From an uncultured virus (IMG/VR IMGVR_UViG_3300024252_000008) (lineage: Duplodnaviria > Heunggongvirae > Uroviricota > Caudoviricetes > Schitoviridae), in the IMG/VR virus record IMGVR_UViG_3300024252_000008: a stretch of 64,000 nt of DNA. The stretch is one strand, 5' to 3'. Position 1 is the first letter of the stretch; each line of letters opens with the position of its first letter. This document shows positions 46,388 to 56,468 of this stretch, piece by piece. The translations under genes were made by a program, and so were the position numbers. The notes under the pieces are model-generated. The model was not told the origin of the DNA, made no database searches, and was given only the letters and a program-made list of their open reading frames with translations.

Positions 46388-48552
46388 GCGATATGGCTGT
46401 TGTAAATGTAGTCCCTACAGTGATAACCGTTACAGTAACTGATAATCAACCTACTGTAACTATTACTGATAGTTCTATTGCTGCAATAACTGTTACAGAT
46501 AATTCTACCTCTCAAGTCACAGTTATAGGCAATGTAATCCCTCAAATTACTGTTACCGGCGCAACACCGGTTACTGTTCTTGGTGATGAGAAGCCAGTGG
46601 TTGTGATTAATACGGGTGTTGGTAATAAGTATGATACAGCAACAGTTATAGCAATGTTGGCCGGTCAATTAACCTCTACACAGATGGCAGCTAGTCTTGC
46701 TTCTGATTTAACTAAATTGGCAGATTTATGGGTTAGTGTTGGTGCAGATGTTCTGTTAACTTTAGGTGCCGGTAATTCTTTAATTGCGACTTCAGTTATT
46801 GCAACAGATGCGAAGATAGCCCTTTCAGCGGTAGATATTAAAGCAGATACTGCTGGTAAATTAAATGCAAGAGCTGCTAGCATTGAGCTAACTGCTATTC
46901 AGATTAGTCAGAGTGTTACTGACCTGGAAACATCTGTTAACGGCTCTCTTTCAGCCCATACTACATTAATAAACCAAACAGCGGATGATATTGATTTAGT
47001 TGCTACAGATGTATTGGCTATTAATGGCCCTGGTGGAGATATTGAAACACTTACTTCTTCTATTGGTATTAATGCTGCTGGATTGATATTAGAGTCTGAA
47101 GCGCGAATATTAGTAAATGGAAAAGCAGATGTAAATACAGCTACTCTTACTATTCAAGGAGATCTTATTGATCTACAAGTAATTGCAACTGATAGTGTTA
47201 CAGGTCGAGTAAATATTGCAGAAACTACAATTTCAGCTAATCAAATTCTTTCCCAAGTCAACAGCACGAAACTTGGTGCAACAAAATATTCTTTAGAGGC
47301 CACCCAAACTTTATTGGCTAATCAATTTGCAGTAAACATTGTTGAAGATGGTAATGGTAAATCTTATGCAACCGGTTTTCAGTTATTACTTAATCCTATT
47401 TGGCTCAGTGGCGAAGACTACCCATTAGACGTTAAAGTTGTTTATGGTAATGTAGTTTATCTTTGTATTTTAGCTCATACGTCTGCTGCAGGCAATGCTC
47501 CTGGTGTAGACCCGGCTTATTGGACAGCTCAACCAGATGATACTAAATCAGAATTTATTGTTAACGCTGACACTTTTAAAGTGTTAACCAGTACTTCGGC
47601 TGATCCTGTATTTTCAGTAGCTGGTGATGTTATTAGTTTAAATTCTACTTATGTAAATATCCCCACAACTTTAATTGTTGGTTCAATTGGTGCAGATCCT
47701 GCATCTGTTAAGTCAGCTTTAAGTTTAGCTGCTATGGCTTATTTATCTTCTGTTGGTTTTAGCAACCTAGATGGCACTATTATTTCAGGAACTAAAATTC
47801 AAACAAGTTTAATAAATACTGGAGCAATAACTGTTGGGGAATTAAATGGCGGTGCTGCAGTTCTTGCTGATGCTGCAAATGGGGTACTTGGCTACAATTC
47901 AACGGTACTCTGGAAATATCCAGGACAAACCTTTATTGATGGCGGAAAGATTTATACTAATTCTATTACTGCAAACCAAATAAATGTATCTAATTTAGCC
48001 GCTCTTTCTGTTAATACTGGTTTACTGAATGTTGGAACCACTGGAAGCCTTAGAGGGGGTAAAACTTCGCATGCTGATCCAACTGCTGGTTTTTGGATGG
48101 GCTATGATGGTGGGACCTATAAATTAGCTTTTGGTAATTCCTCCAAAAGTATTCTTTGGAATGGCTCTACTTTAACTGTTACCGGTGATATTATTGCTAC
48201 TGGTAATATCCAAGATCTAGCTGTTAATACTGGTAAACTTGACGCTAATGCCGCAACAGAGATTACTGGAGATAGTGGACTTTCTACTGATTACACTTTA
48301 ACTCATAATTTTTCTACACATTCTACTGCAAACATATCCGTACAGTTTTCTATGGTAGGGTATACTACTTGTACTGTTAATTTTTATGCAGGTACAACAC
48401 TCATATGGTCTGCTGGTGGTGAGGGAGGAATGTACTCTGGTGGCAGAACTTGGTCAACAGTAGCAGCCGGTTCATATTCTTTTAAAGTACAGGGTACTTT
48501 AGGTGGCGCAACAGGCTATCCTTGTATTATAGTAATGATTTCATATAAGTAG
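46384..48552 (+). CDS. Tail fibre / host-recognition protein with carbohydrate-binding module
   Basis: Coiled-coil repeats; W...Y....V.Y....Y.C..AHTS....P....W (CBM5/12-like); FIVNADTF; FIDGGKIYTNSITA. Confidence 0.7.
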   Translation: MSDMAVVNVVPTVITVTVTDNQPTVTITDSSIAAITVTDNSTSQVTVIGNVIPQITVTGATPVTVLGDEKPVVVINTGVGNKYDTATVIAMLAGQLTSTQMAASLASDLTKLADLWVSVGADVLLTLGAGNSLIATSVIATDAKIALSAVDIKADTAGKLNARAASIELTAIQISQSVTDLETSVNGSLSAHTTLINQTADDIDLVATDVLAINGPGGDIETLTSSIGINAAGLILESEARILVNGKADVNTATLTIQGDLIDLQVIATDSVTGRVNIAETTISANQILSQVNSTKLGATKYSLEATQTLLANQFAVNIVEDGNGKSYATGFQLLLNPIWLSGEDYPLDVKVVYGNVVYLCILAHTSAAGNAPGVDPAYWTAQPDDTKSEFIVNADTFKVLTSTSADPVFSVAGDVISLNSTYVNIPTTLIVGSIGADPASVKSALSLAAMAYLSSVGFSNLDGTIISGTKIQTSLINTGAITVGELNGGAAVLADAANGVLGYNSTVLWKYPGQTFIDGGKIYTNSITANQINVSNLAALSVNTGLLNVGTTGSLRGGKTSHADPTAGFWMGYDGGTYKLAFGNSSKSILWNGSTLTVTGDIIATGNIQDLAVNTGKLDANAATEITGDSGLSTDYTLTHNFSTHSTANISVQFSMVGYTTCTVNFYAGTTLIWSAGGEGGMYSGGRTWSTVAAGSYSFKVQGTLGGATGYPCIIVMISYK

Positions 48553-48557
48553 GAATT

Positions 48558-49028
48558 ATGCAAAATAATGAATATACAGTTTTTAATAAAGTAACAGGTA
48601 AAGTTGTAAAATACTTAGGTTGTTCGCTTCATCAAGCTAAACTTAATTTTGATCCAGTCACAGAAATTTTATGTGATCAAAGGTATGAAGAAACTTGTAT
48701 AATTAATCCTGAAACTTTAGTTGTTACAGAGCCCACAATACCTTATCCAGAATTTCCTGTTACTAATTTGTTCAGTTTAAAACAATATGTAGATTCAGAA
48801 GATAATTTTAATAAAGCAATTATTAATTTAGGTGAAGAACCTGTTGCTTTTAAAAAGAAATACTATACAACTTTCCGTAAGTGGTTATACCCGGATTCAA
48901 ATGATTATTTAGATATACAGTTTAAATTGCGTAGTGATGACCCAAAAGAAAGAAAAAAAAGTAAAGAGCAACTTAAAGCATATGATGCTGTTTGTCGTTC
49001 AGCTAAAAATAGATTTCCAAAAGAATAG
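48558..49028 (+). CDS. Putative tail fibre assembly chaperone
   Basis: Follows the fibre; R...YP...K.RFPK C-terminus. Confidence 0.45.
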   Translation: MQNNEYTVFNKVTGKVVKYLGCSLHQAKLNFDPVTEILCDQRYEETCIINPETLVVTEPTIPYPEFPVTNLFSLKQYVDSEDNFNKAIINLGEEPVAFKKKYYTTFRKWLYPDSNDYLDIQFKLRSDDPKERKKSKEQLKAYDAVCRSAKNRFPKE

Positions 49029-49055
49029 TAAACATATTTAAATAGGATATATCAC

Positions 49056-51227
49056 ATGGAAGATACAGCTAAAACAAAACTTACTGATTGGGCTAATGAG
49101 CCATCTATCGCTGATTTGAAACAAAATTTAGATGATGCCCGGTCGGACTATGATAAGCATATCAATAATGTTGATACCTGGTTAGAGAATTTAAATATTA
49201 CTGGAGCTGCTAAGATTACCACTGCAAAAGGTAGATCTTCTGTTGTGCCCAAGGTTATCCGGAAGCAGGCTGAATGGCGGTACTCTTCTTTATCTGAACC
49301 ATTCTTAAGTACTTCAGATATTTTTAATGTAAATCCAATTACTGCTGGTGACCGAGACCGGGCTAAACAAAATGCTCTGGTACTGAATAATCAGTTTAAT
49401 ACTAAGATAGATAAAGTAAATTTTATTGATGCCTATATCCGGGATGCTGTTGATCTAGGTACTGTCATTGTTAAAGTAGGCTGGGATTCAGAAGAAGAGG
49501 AAGTTGAGGAAGAGATTCCTGAATACGAATTTATTCCTATTACTGATCCGGAAGTACTGCAGCAAACTATTCCTAAATACATTCAGCTATTGCAACTTAA
49601 GAAAGATAACCGGGATGTGTACGAAGAATACAGCAATCCCGGGATGGATCAAACATTACAAATATTTGCTACAACTGGCCAGGCGGTTACACCCAATCAA
49701 ATTGGTGTTCGTATTGAGAAAGTAATGAAGGAAACAAAGAATCAACCAGTTCTTGAAGTGATGGAGCATAAAAATCTTGTTATGGATCCGTCCTGTGGTG
49801 GTGATATTCGTAAGGCAGGTTTTATTGGTGAGACTTTTAAAGCTTCAGTAGCCGGTTTAAAGAAAGACGGTAAGTATCATAATTTAAAGCATATAAATAA
49901 AGAAGCCTCTTCTCCTTTAACTGATCCGGATTATGAAGAGACACCTGATAATGATTCTTTTAATTTTACTGATGAACCCCGTAAGCAGTTTACCGTGCAA
50001 CAGTACTGGGGTGACTGGGATATCCATGGTGATGGTACAGTAGTACCCATTGTTGCTGCTTGGGTTAATGATCGTAAGATCCGTATGGAAGAGAACCCTT
50101 TCCCGGATAAAGAACATCCCTTTGTTAAAGCAGTGTATTTGCCAGTACGTAAATCCCTTTATGGTCAACCTGATGGTGAATTACTGATTGAGAATCAACA
50201 GATTATTGGTGCTACCACTCGTGGTATGATTGATCTTTTGGGTCGATCAGCTAATAGTCAGACTGGCATGCAACAAGGTTTCCTTGATTTTACTAATAAA
50301 CGTAAATTTGATAGGGGTGAGGATTATGTATTTAATCAGGTAATGGATCCCCGTCAAGCAGTATATATGCACTCCTTTCCGGAAATACCTGCTTCAGCCC
50401 CCAATATGATTGCTATGCAGAATGCTGATGCTGAGAGTCTTACCGGTGTGAAGGCCTTCCATTCGGGTATAAATAGCCGCGCATTAGGCGATAGTGTCGG
50501 AGGTGGTAGGGATGCCTTAGATGCAGCTAGTAAACGTGAATTTGGTATACTTAGGCGCCTTGCATTAGGTATAATCCAGATTGGTCGTAAGATGATCAGT
50601 ATGAATGCTGAATTCTTATCTGAAGAAGAAATTATTAGAGTAACCAATGAAAGATTCATTCCGATCCGTAGAGATGATCTTGCTGGTCATTTTGATCTTG
50701 AGTTAAGCATAAGTACTGCTGAAGCTGATAATAAGAAAGCAGAGGAATTAGCTTTCATGCTTCAGACTACCGGTAATAATATGGACCCTGATTTAAGGAA
50801 TATGATTCTTGCTGATATTGCTACTTTAAGAAAGATGCCTGGTATGGCTAAAAAGATTGAAGAGTATGAGCCCAAACCTGATCCAATTGAAGAAGCAAAG
50901 AGAGAATTAGAAATATATCTACTTAAAGCTCAGATTGCTAAAGAAGAAGCATTGGCAACCAAGCATGCTGCTGAAGCGGAACTGAACGGTGAGAAGGGCT
51001 ACCGTGAGATTACTCAGGGTAGACTTAATGAGGCAAAAGCAGGTACTGAGGGCGCTAAAACAAGAGATATCTCCAGTGATGCTGATAATAAAGATTTAAG
51101 TTACTTAGAACAAGAATCCGGAGTAAATCAAGCCCGAGAGTTGGAAAAGTTAGATGTAAAAGCACAAAATGATTTGACTACTAAAATAATATCCGATACC
51201 GTTAAACCAGAAAAAGCTACTGCCTGA
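49056..51227 (+). CDS. Portal protein (N4 gp59-like)
   Basis: LTDW.NEP...LK, PK.IRKQAEWRY..LSEPFL, EENPFPD, AESLTGVKAF. Confidence 0.92.
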   Translation: MEDTAKTKLTDWANEPSIADLKQNLDDARSDYDKHINNVDTWLENLNITGAAKITTAKGRSSVVPKVIRKQAEWRYSSLSEPFLSTSDIFNVNPITAGDRDRAKQNALVLNNQFNTKIDKVNFIDAYIRDAVDLGTVIVKVGWDSEEEEVEEEIPEYEFIPITDPEVLQQTIPKYIQLLQLKKDNRDVYEEYSNPGMDQTLQIFATTGQAVTPNQIGVRIEKVMKETKNQPVLEVMEHKNLVMDPSCGGDIRKAGFIGETFKASVAGLKKDGKYHNLKHINKEASSPLTDPDYEETPDNDSFNFTDEPRKQFTVQQYWGDWDIHGDGTVVPIVAAWVNDRKIRMEENPFPDKEHPFVKAVYLPVRKSLYGQPDGELLIENQQIIGATTRGMIDLLGRSANSQTGMQQGFLDFTNKRKFDRGEDYVFNQVMDPRQAVYMHSFPEIPASAPNMIAMQNADAESLTGVKAFHSGINSRALGDSVGGGRDALDAASKREFGILRRLALGIIQIGRKMISMNAEFLSEEEIIRVTNERFIPIRRDDLAGHFDLELSISTAEADNKKAEELAFMLQTTGNNMDPDLRNMILADIATLRKMPGMAKKIEEYEPKPDPIEEAKRELEIYLLKAQIAKEEALATKHAAEAELNGEKGYREITQGRLNEAKAGTEGAKTRDISSDADNKDLSYLEQESGVNQARELEKLDVKAQNDLTTKIISDTVKPEKATA

Positions 51228-51306
51228 CCAGTATATTTATACTCAGGTATAACCTATAATAGCTCACTGCAGCATATCGCAGGAGGACACAAAGAGGAAT
51301 AAAACT

Positions 51307-51639
51307 ATGACAAATTTAGAAAAGATTGAGTTAAACATTAGAGCAGAACGGGACAAAGTAGAACTGGCTGATGCATTGATTTTCCTGGAGAAAAACAAAC
51401 ACTTTAAAAAGTTATTTACTGAGACTTATTTAAGGGACTTTGCTCTGGGTATGCTGACGTTTACTGCTAGTTTGCAGGCCCAGGAACCAAAGGTTCAGGC
51501 TCATGCTCAGTGTCAGCTTACGGGTGTTGCTGGTTTACAGCAATTTTTGGCTAATGTGAGACAGACTGGTGTTACTGCAAGAGAAGCACTATTTAGTGCA
51601 GAACAAGAGCTAGAGAATATCCTAGCCGAAGAGGGGTAA
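51307..51639 (+). CDS. N4 gp58-like protein
   Basis: AL..L..N..FKKL....Y; synteny. Confidence 0.7.
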   Translation: MTNLEKIELNIRAERDKVELADALIFLEKNKHFKKLFTETYLRDFALGMLTFTASLQAQEPKVQAHAQCQLTGVAGLQQFLANVRQTGVTAREALFSAEQELENILAEEG

Positions 51640-51642
51640 CCC

Positions 51643-52884
51643 ATGGCTGTTGCCGAAGAAACAAAAATGGAAGAAGCACCGATTGAGGCACTGGAATTGT
51701 CTGATGAAGACTTTGCTAAATTAGAGGGTCCTCCAGAACTTACAGAAAAAATTGTTGAGGAAGAGCCGGAAGAAGAGGTTGATCCTGATGCAGTTAAAAA
51801 AGCTGAGGAAGATGCAGAAGCTGAAGCAAAAGCCCAGGAAGAAGCTGATGCAGCTGCTAATAAAAAGGCTGAAGAGCTTGCAGCTGAAGAAGCCAGTAAA
51901 GTTTTCTCAGAAGAAGATAAAGATTTGAAGAAGCCAGAACCAGAAAAGAAAAAAGAGGAGGTTGAAACTGACCTTGAGGCGGATTCGGATAAAAAAATTA
52001 AAACAGATAAAAAAGAAGACAAAGAAGTAAAGTCTGATAAAGCGGGGATTGATTATAAAGCTGAGTATGAAAAGATCACTGCTCCATTTAAAGCAAATGG
52101 TTATGACATGGCTGTAAAGAATACTGATGATGCTATCCGTCTTATGCAGATGGGAGCCAATTATCATAAGAAGATGGCCGGTCTTAAACCTTCAATGCGC
52201 ATTCTTAAGTTACTCGAAAAGAATGGCCTGATGGAAGAGAATGATCTTAACTTTTTAATTGATCTACACAACAAAAATCCAGAGGCAATTACTAAACTGG
52301 TTAAAGACAGTGGTATGGATCCTTTGGATGTAAATGTTAAAGATGACAGTAAATATACTCCGACCCAACATACTGTTAATGAATCAGAACTTGATTTAGA
52401 CGCTGTACTTGAAGATATTCATAGTACGCCCACCTATCAGGATACTCTGAATGTAATAACGAATGTATGGGATCAAGACAGTCGTAACATCATTGCCAAC
52501 TCACCTCAAATTATTAAAACAATCAATGAGCACGTTGCCGATGGGACCTATGATAAAGTCATGAAAGCCGTAGAGTATGAACGCAGCATGGGGAATTTAA
52601 CTGGGATATCTGATATTCATGCGTATAAACAAATGGGTGATCAGCTATACGAAGCAGGGCAGTTTAAAAAGGAGGAAACATCTCCTGTAACAGAAACTAA
52701 ACCTGAACCAGTTATTGCTCCAACTAAAATCGATTCTAAAGCAGAGGAAAAACGGAAAGAACGCAAGAAGGCTGCTAGCCCTACTAAGAGTAAAGGTACT
52801 CCAGCAGTCGTATCGTATAATCCTTTATCCATGTCTGATGATGATTTTGCTAAAATTGACCCTAATGATTTTAAAGTAAAATAA
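51643..52884 (+). CDS. N4 gp57-like scaffold ('tape measure') protein
   Basis: Acidic N-terminus; PFKANG, LMQMGANY.KKM, PLSMSDDDF. Confidence 0.85.
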   Translation: MAVAEETKMEEAPIEALELSDEDFAKLEGPPELTEKIVEEEPEEEVDPDAVKKAEEDAEAEAKAQEEADAAANKKAEELAAEEASKVFSEEDKDLKKPEPEKKKEEVETDLEADSDKKIKTDKKEDKEVKSDKAGIDYKAEYEKITAPFKANGYDMAVKNTDDAIRLMQMGANYHKKMAGLKPSMRILKLLEKNGLMEENDLNFLIDLHNKNPEAITKLVKDSGMDPLDVNVKDDSKYTPTQHTVNESELDLDAVLEDIHSTPTYQDTLNVITNVWDQDSRNIIANSPQIIKTINEHVADGTYDKVMKAVEYERSMGNLTGISDIHAYKQMGDQLYEAGQFKKEETSPVTETKPEPVIAPTKIDSKAEEKRKERKKAASPTKSKGTPAVVSYNPLSMSDDDFAKIDPNDFKVK

Positions 52885-52907
52885 TCTATTAAACAAGGAA
52901 ATATAAA

Positions 52908-54707
52908 ATGGCACTACCTGACGGTGGACGAGGCTTTGTAACAGGCGGAGCGGCGTCTGATATAGGTACTCAGCTAGTAACTGAGTATTATCAGAAAAAA
53001 GCTCTTATTGAGCTGAAAAAAGAACAGTACTTTTCCCAGTTGGCTGATGTAACGGCCATGCCCAAACACATGGGTAAAACAATTAAACGGTACCATTACA
53101 TGCCTTTACTTGATGATGCGAATATCAATGATCAGGGATTGGATGCTGCTGGTGCAACAACGACTTTTGAATCTACCATTACTGTTGCAGGTCCGGACGG
53201 TGAAGGTACCCTTGGCGCAGGAATGAAAGAATATTTTGTTGGTAACCATGCATCAGTTGATGCAACAGCTATTACTGCTGCAAAGACAGCTTTTGTTGCC
53301 TGGATCCAATCACAATTTCCTGATCAGTATGCAACCATGGCCCATGCTTCTGTTGCAGCCGATTATGCCATTCAGGCAGCTACCGGTGAAGCAATTCAGG
53401 TTGATACTATTACCCTGGTTACTCTTACTACTGATGATGTAATTACTATCACTTGGGATGGAGTAGATCTTGAATTTACTATGGCTGGTGTTCAGACTAT
53501 TGATGCTGCTCTGGCTGGTTTGATTGCATCCCCAAATGCTGCAAACTACGCAGCTATGCCTTTCACCCTTGCTCTTGCTACCGGTACCGGTACTAATGGT
53601 GGAACTCTTACTGCAACTTTTGATCGTGCTGGCTATCAGGCTAGTCGTGTAGCCTGTACAATAGCTGGTACTGGTACTGAGTCTGTTGCAGAAACTGTAG
53701 AAGGTGCTAATACTATTTACGATCTGGGTTATGAAACAACCCTGAACACTTCTGTAAATGGTGCTGGTAATCTTTATGGTTCCAGTAAAGATGTTGGTTA
53801 TATCTCCGGTAAACTCCCTGCACTGACCGAGGTTGGTGGAAGAGTTAACCGTGTTGGTTTCAAACGTATTACTCTGGAAGGATCTATTGAGAAATTTGGT
53901 TTCTTTGATGAGTACACCCAGGAATCTCTGGACTTTGATACTGATGCTGAGATGGCCATGCATATTAACCGTGAAATGCTCTTTGGTGCCAATGAAATTA
54001 CCGAGGATGCTCTGCAGATTGATCTGCTTAACGGTGCTGGTGTTATTCGTTATGCCGGTGATGCTTTAAGTAAAGAGGATATGTCTGGTGTTGCTTCTAC
54101 CCTGACTGAAGTTGATTATGATGATCTAAGTAAGCTTTCCATTGATCTTGATAACAACAGATGTCCTAAGAACACCAAGATTATAACCGGTTCCCGAATG
54201 GTTGATACAAAGGTTATTAACTCCGCCCGTATTATATATATTGGTTCTGAGTTGATTCCTACCATTGAAAAGATGACTGATCATTTCAGTAACCAGGCAT
54301 TTATCCCGCTGGCACATTATGCGGCTGCTGGTTCTGAGATTAATGGTGAAATCGGTACCATTGGACATTTCAGAATTGTTGTTGTTCCTGAGATGATGCA
54401 CCATAACGGTGCTGCCGGTTCCGTAGGTATCGCTGAGGGTGTTAACTCTGGTTATCGTGTAACTGATGGTTATTATGATGCGTATCCGATGCTTGTTGTT
54501 GGTGATGCTTCATTTACTACTATTGGTTTCCAGACCAGCGGTAAAAGCACCAAGTTTACCATCTTCCATAAGAAACCAGGTAAAGAGATGGTTTCCACGC
54601 AGGATCCTTACGGTGAATCTGGGCTTATGAGTATCAAATGGTACTACGGTTCCATGATTTTGCGCCCAGAACGGTTGGCCGTGTTGTGGACTGTTGCACA
54701 GTGGTAA
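52908..54707 (+). CDS. Major capsid protein (N4 gp56-like) with ~200-aa insertion
   Basis: MPKHMGK.IK..HY.PLLDD.N.NDQG, GNLYGSSKD.G, GGRVNRVGF, DPYGE.G..SIKWYYG...LRPER. Confidence 0.93.
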   Translation: MALPDGGRGFVTGGAASDIGTQLVTEYYQKKALIELKKEQYFSQLADVTAMPKHMGKTIKRYHYMPLLDDANINDQGLDAAGATTTFESTITVAGPDGEGTLGAGMKEYFVGNHASVDATAITAAKTAFVAWIQSQFPDQYATMAHASVAADYAIQAATGEAIQVDTITLVTLTTDDVITITWDGVDLEFTMAGVQTIDAALAGLIASPNAANYAAMPFTLALATGTGTNGGTLTATFDRAGYQASRVACTIAGTGTESVAETVEGANTIYDLGYETTLNTSVNGAGNLYGSSKDVGYISGKLPALTEVGGRVNRVGFKRITLEGSIEKFGFFDEYTQESLDFDTDAEMAMHINREMLFGANEITEDALQIDLLNGAGVIRYAGDALSKEDMSGVASTLTEVDYDDLSKLSIDLDNNRCPKNTKIITGSRMVDTKVINSARIIYIGSELIPTIEKMTDHFSNQAFIPLAHYAAAGSEINGEIGTIGHFRIVVVPEMMHHNGAAGSVGIAEGVNSGYRVTDGYYDAYPMLVVGDASFTTIGFQTSGKSTKFTIFHKKPGKEMVSTQDPYGESGLMSIKWYYGSMILRPERLAVLWTVAQW

Positions 54708-54746
54708 AATCAACTTGACACTAAGTGTTGAGTAAAATGTAATTTA

Positions 54747-54781
54747 CTCTCTTCCCCTTTAATTAGGGGAAGAGTTTCTTT
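54747..54781 (+). terminator. Intrinsic terminator after MCP
   Basis: ACTCTTCCCCT/AGGGGAAGAGT stem followed by TTCTTT. Confidence 0.65.
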
Positions 54782-54813
54782 AACAGTAACCTGACACAAA
54801 TAAAGGTGGACAA

Positions 54814-55380
54814 ATGGCAAAGCAAGCAACAGAATTAAGTCTTTTAAAAGATAGAGCAACACTAATGGGTATTAAATTTCATCCTTCAATTGGAGTAAAG
54901 TCTTTGAAAGAAAAACTCAATGCAGTACTCAACTCGGAAGAAGAAGTAGAAGAGATGGTTGTACAGAAACCCAAGCCTCGATTTAAACAGAAATCAGAAG
55001 CAACCCGTAAAGCGGAAAGTAATACCCGGTTGAGAAAAACAGCAAACCGGTTAGTTCGTATAAATTTAACATGCATGAATCCAAACAAAAAAGATTGGCC
55101 TGGAGAAATACTTAGTATCAGTAATCGAGTTATTGGTACTATTAAAAAGTTTGTTCCTTTTAATACTGAAGTCGGATATCATGTACCAGCAGCTATTTTA
55201 AGATTGGTGCAGGAACGAAAATACCAGGCTTTTAAAGAAATTAAACTACCCAATGGCCAGAAACAGAAAAGAGGCCATTTGGTTAAAGAATTTGCAATTG
55301 AAATTTTAGATCCCTTAACTCCACAAGAACTGAAAGACCTAGCCCAACGCCAGGCGATGGGTAATAGAATAGAAGATTAG
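54814..55380 (+). CDS. N4 gp55-like protein
   Basis: LK.RA..MGI.FHPSIG, CMNPNK..W.GEI, EFAIE.L.PLT..EL. Confidence 0.8.
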   Translation: MAKQATELSLLKDRATLMGIKFHPSIGVKSLKEKLNAVLNSEEEVEEMVVQKPKPRFKQKSEATRKAESNTRLRKTANRLVRINLTCMNPNKKDWPGEILSISNRVIGTIKKFVPFNTEVGYHVPAAILRLVQERKYQAFKEIKLPNGQKQKRGHLVKEFAIEILDPLTPQELKDLAQRQAMGNRIED

Positions 55381-55389
55381 GAGTCATAA

Positions 55390-56424
55390 ATGGCAAACTT
55401 AACCCTTGATCCAATTGAAGTAGAACCAAATGTTAGTCTGGATGAACCAGATGTTGAGCAGTTAACTACCAGCAGCATTACTGGTACCGGTGTATTTGAT
55501 AAGCTAATGGCTGTTGTTAAGCTCCATTTGCTTGATGAATACAACAATGACCGTATTACTGGTGATGAGTACTCCAAAGTATATTTAGGGGCTCTTAGCG
55601 CTGTTATGCAGCAATCAATTGCTTTCCTTGACAGCCATCAGAATGGCCAACGGATCAGGGCAGAGATTGGCTTGGTAAGACAGAAGACTGTTACTGAGCT
55701 TGCTCAGACTGATGATACTATATTACTTAATCTTGGTTTTAATGGTACGACTGCTGTTGAAGGAGTAGTTGCTGATCAAAAGGCTCTGGTTACCCAGCAA
55801 TTAGCTTTAGCAACTGCTCAGACTACTACTGCTACTGCTGAGAAGGATTTACTTGGTCAGAAGATTATTACTGAATTGGTCCAAACTGGCGACAGTCTTG
55901 TTACAGCTAAAGCTGCTGGATACGGATATAATGGAAATGATAACCTTGGTGGTTTTGCTGAATATAAAAAACAACAACAAGAGATGGATGTAGCTCTAAC
56001 AGAACAGAAAATTGTAACTGAATTATCTAATACTAGTGACTCTAAACCAGCTACTTTAGGACAGATGAACTCTGTTACTGTTATTGAAGGTTTAGCATAT
56101 CCTCAGAGAGAGAAAATTCTATCTGAAAAGAACTTACTTGATCAGAAAAAAGCAACTGAATTAGCCCAGATCCAAGATCTTACTGTTAGTGCTGCAATTG
56201 TTGCTGGTGTTATTGGTAAACAGAAAGCTTTATTCCAAGCTCAGACTGATGGATTTACTCGGGATGCAGAACAGAAAGCAGCTAAGCTTATGGTTGATGC
56301 TTGGTCAGTTTCTGCTACTATGGGTGTTGGTACAGTTAAATCAGCCAATCGTTTAGATGATCCTAATCTTGGTGCAATGTTGGATGTTCTTCTGGCTGGG
56401 GCAAATGTTACACCAATTCCTTAA
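55390..56424 (+). CDS. N4 gp54-like tail protein
   Basis: GTGVFD.LM, RITG.EY, GVIGKQK.L...Q...F.RDAE.KAAK; four QKxxTEL repeats. Confidence 0.8.
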   Translation: MANLTLDPIEVEPNVSLDEPDVEQLTTSSITGTGVFDKLMAVVKLHLLDEYNNDRITGDEYSKVYLGALSAVMQQSIAFLDSHQNGQRIRAEIGLVRQKTVTELAQTDDTILLNLGFNGTTAVEGVVADQKALVTQQLALATAQTTTATAEKDLLGQKIITELVQTGDSLVTAKAAGYGYNGNDNLGGFAEYKKQQQEMDVALTEQKIVTELSNTSDSKPATLGQMNSVTVIEGLAYPQREKILSEKNLLDQKKATELAQIQDLTVSAAIVAGVIGKQKALFQAQTDGFTRDAEQKAAKLMVDAWSVSATMGVGTVKSANRLDDPNLGAMLDVLLAGANVTPIP

Positions 56425-56430
56425 TTAACT

Positions 56431-56456
56431 AATGGGGGCTTAATTAGCCCCCATTA
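56431..56456. terminator. GC-rich hairpin (terminator or processing site)
   Basis: AATGGGGGCT-TAATT-AGCCCCCATT. Confidence 0.5.
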
Positions 56457-56468
56457 CTGTAGGAGCTT

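Noticed and set aside
53160..53765. Intein in MCP
   Set aside because: Lacks splice-junction residues and endonuclease motifs
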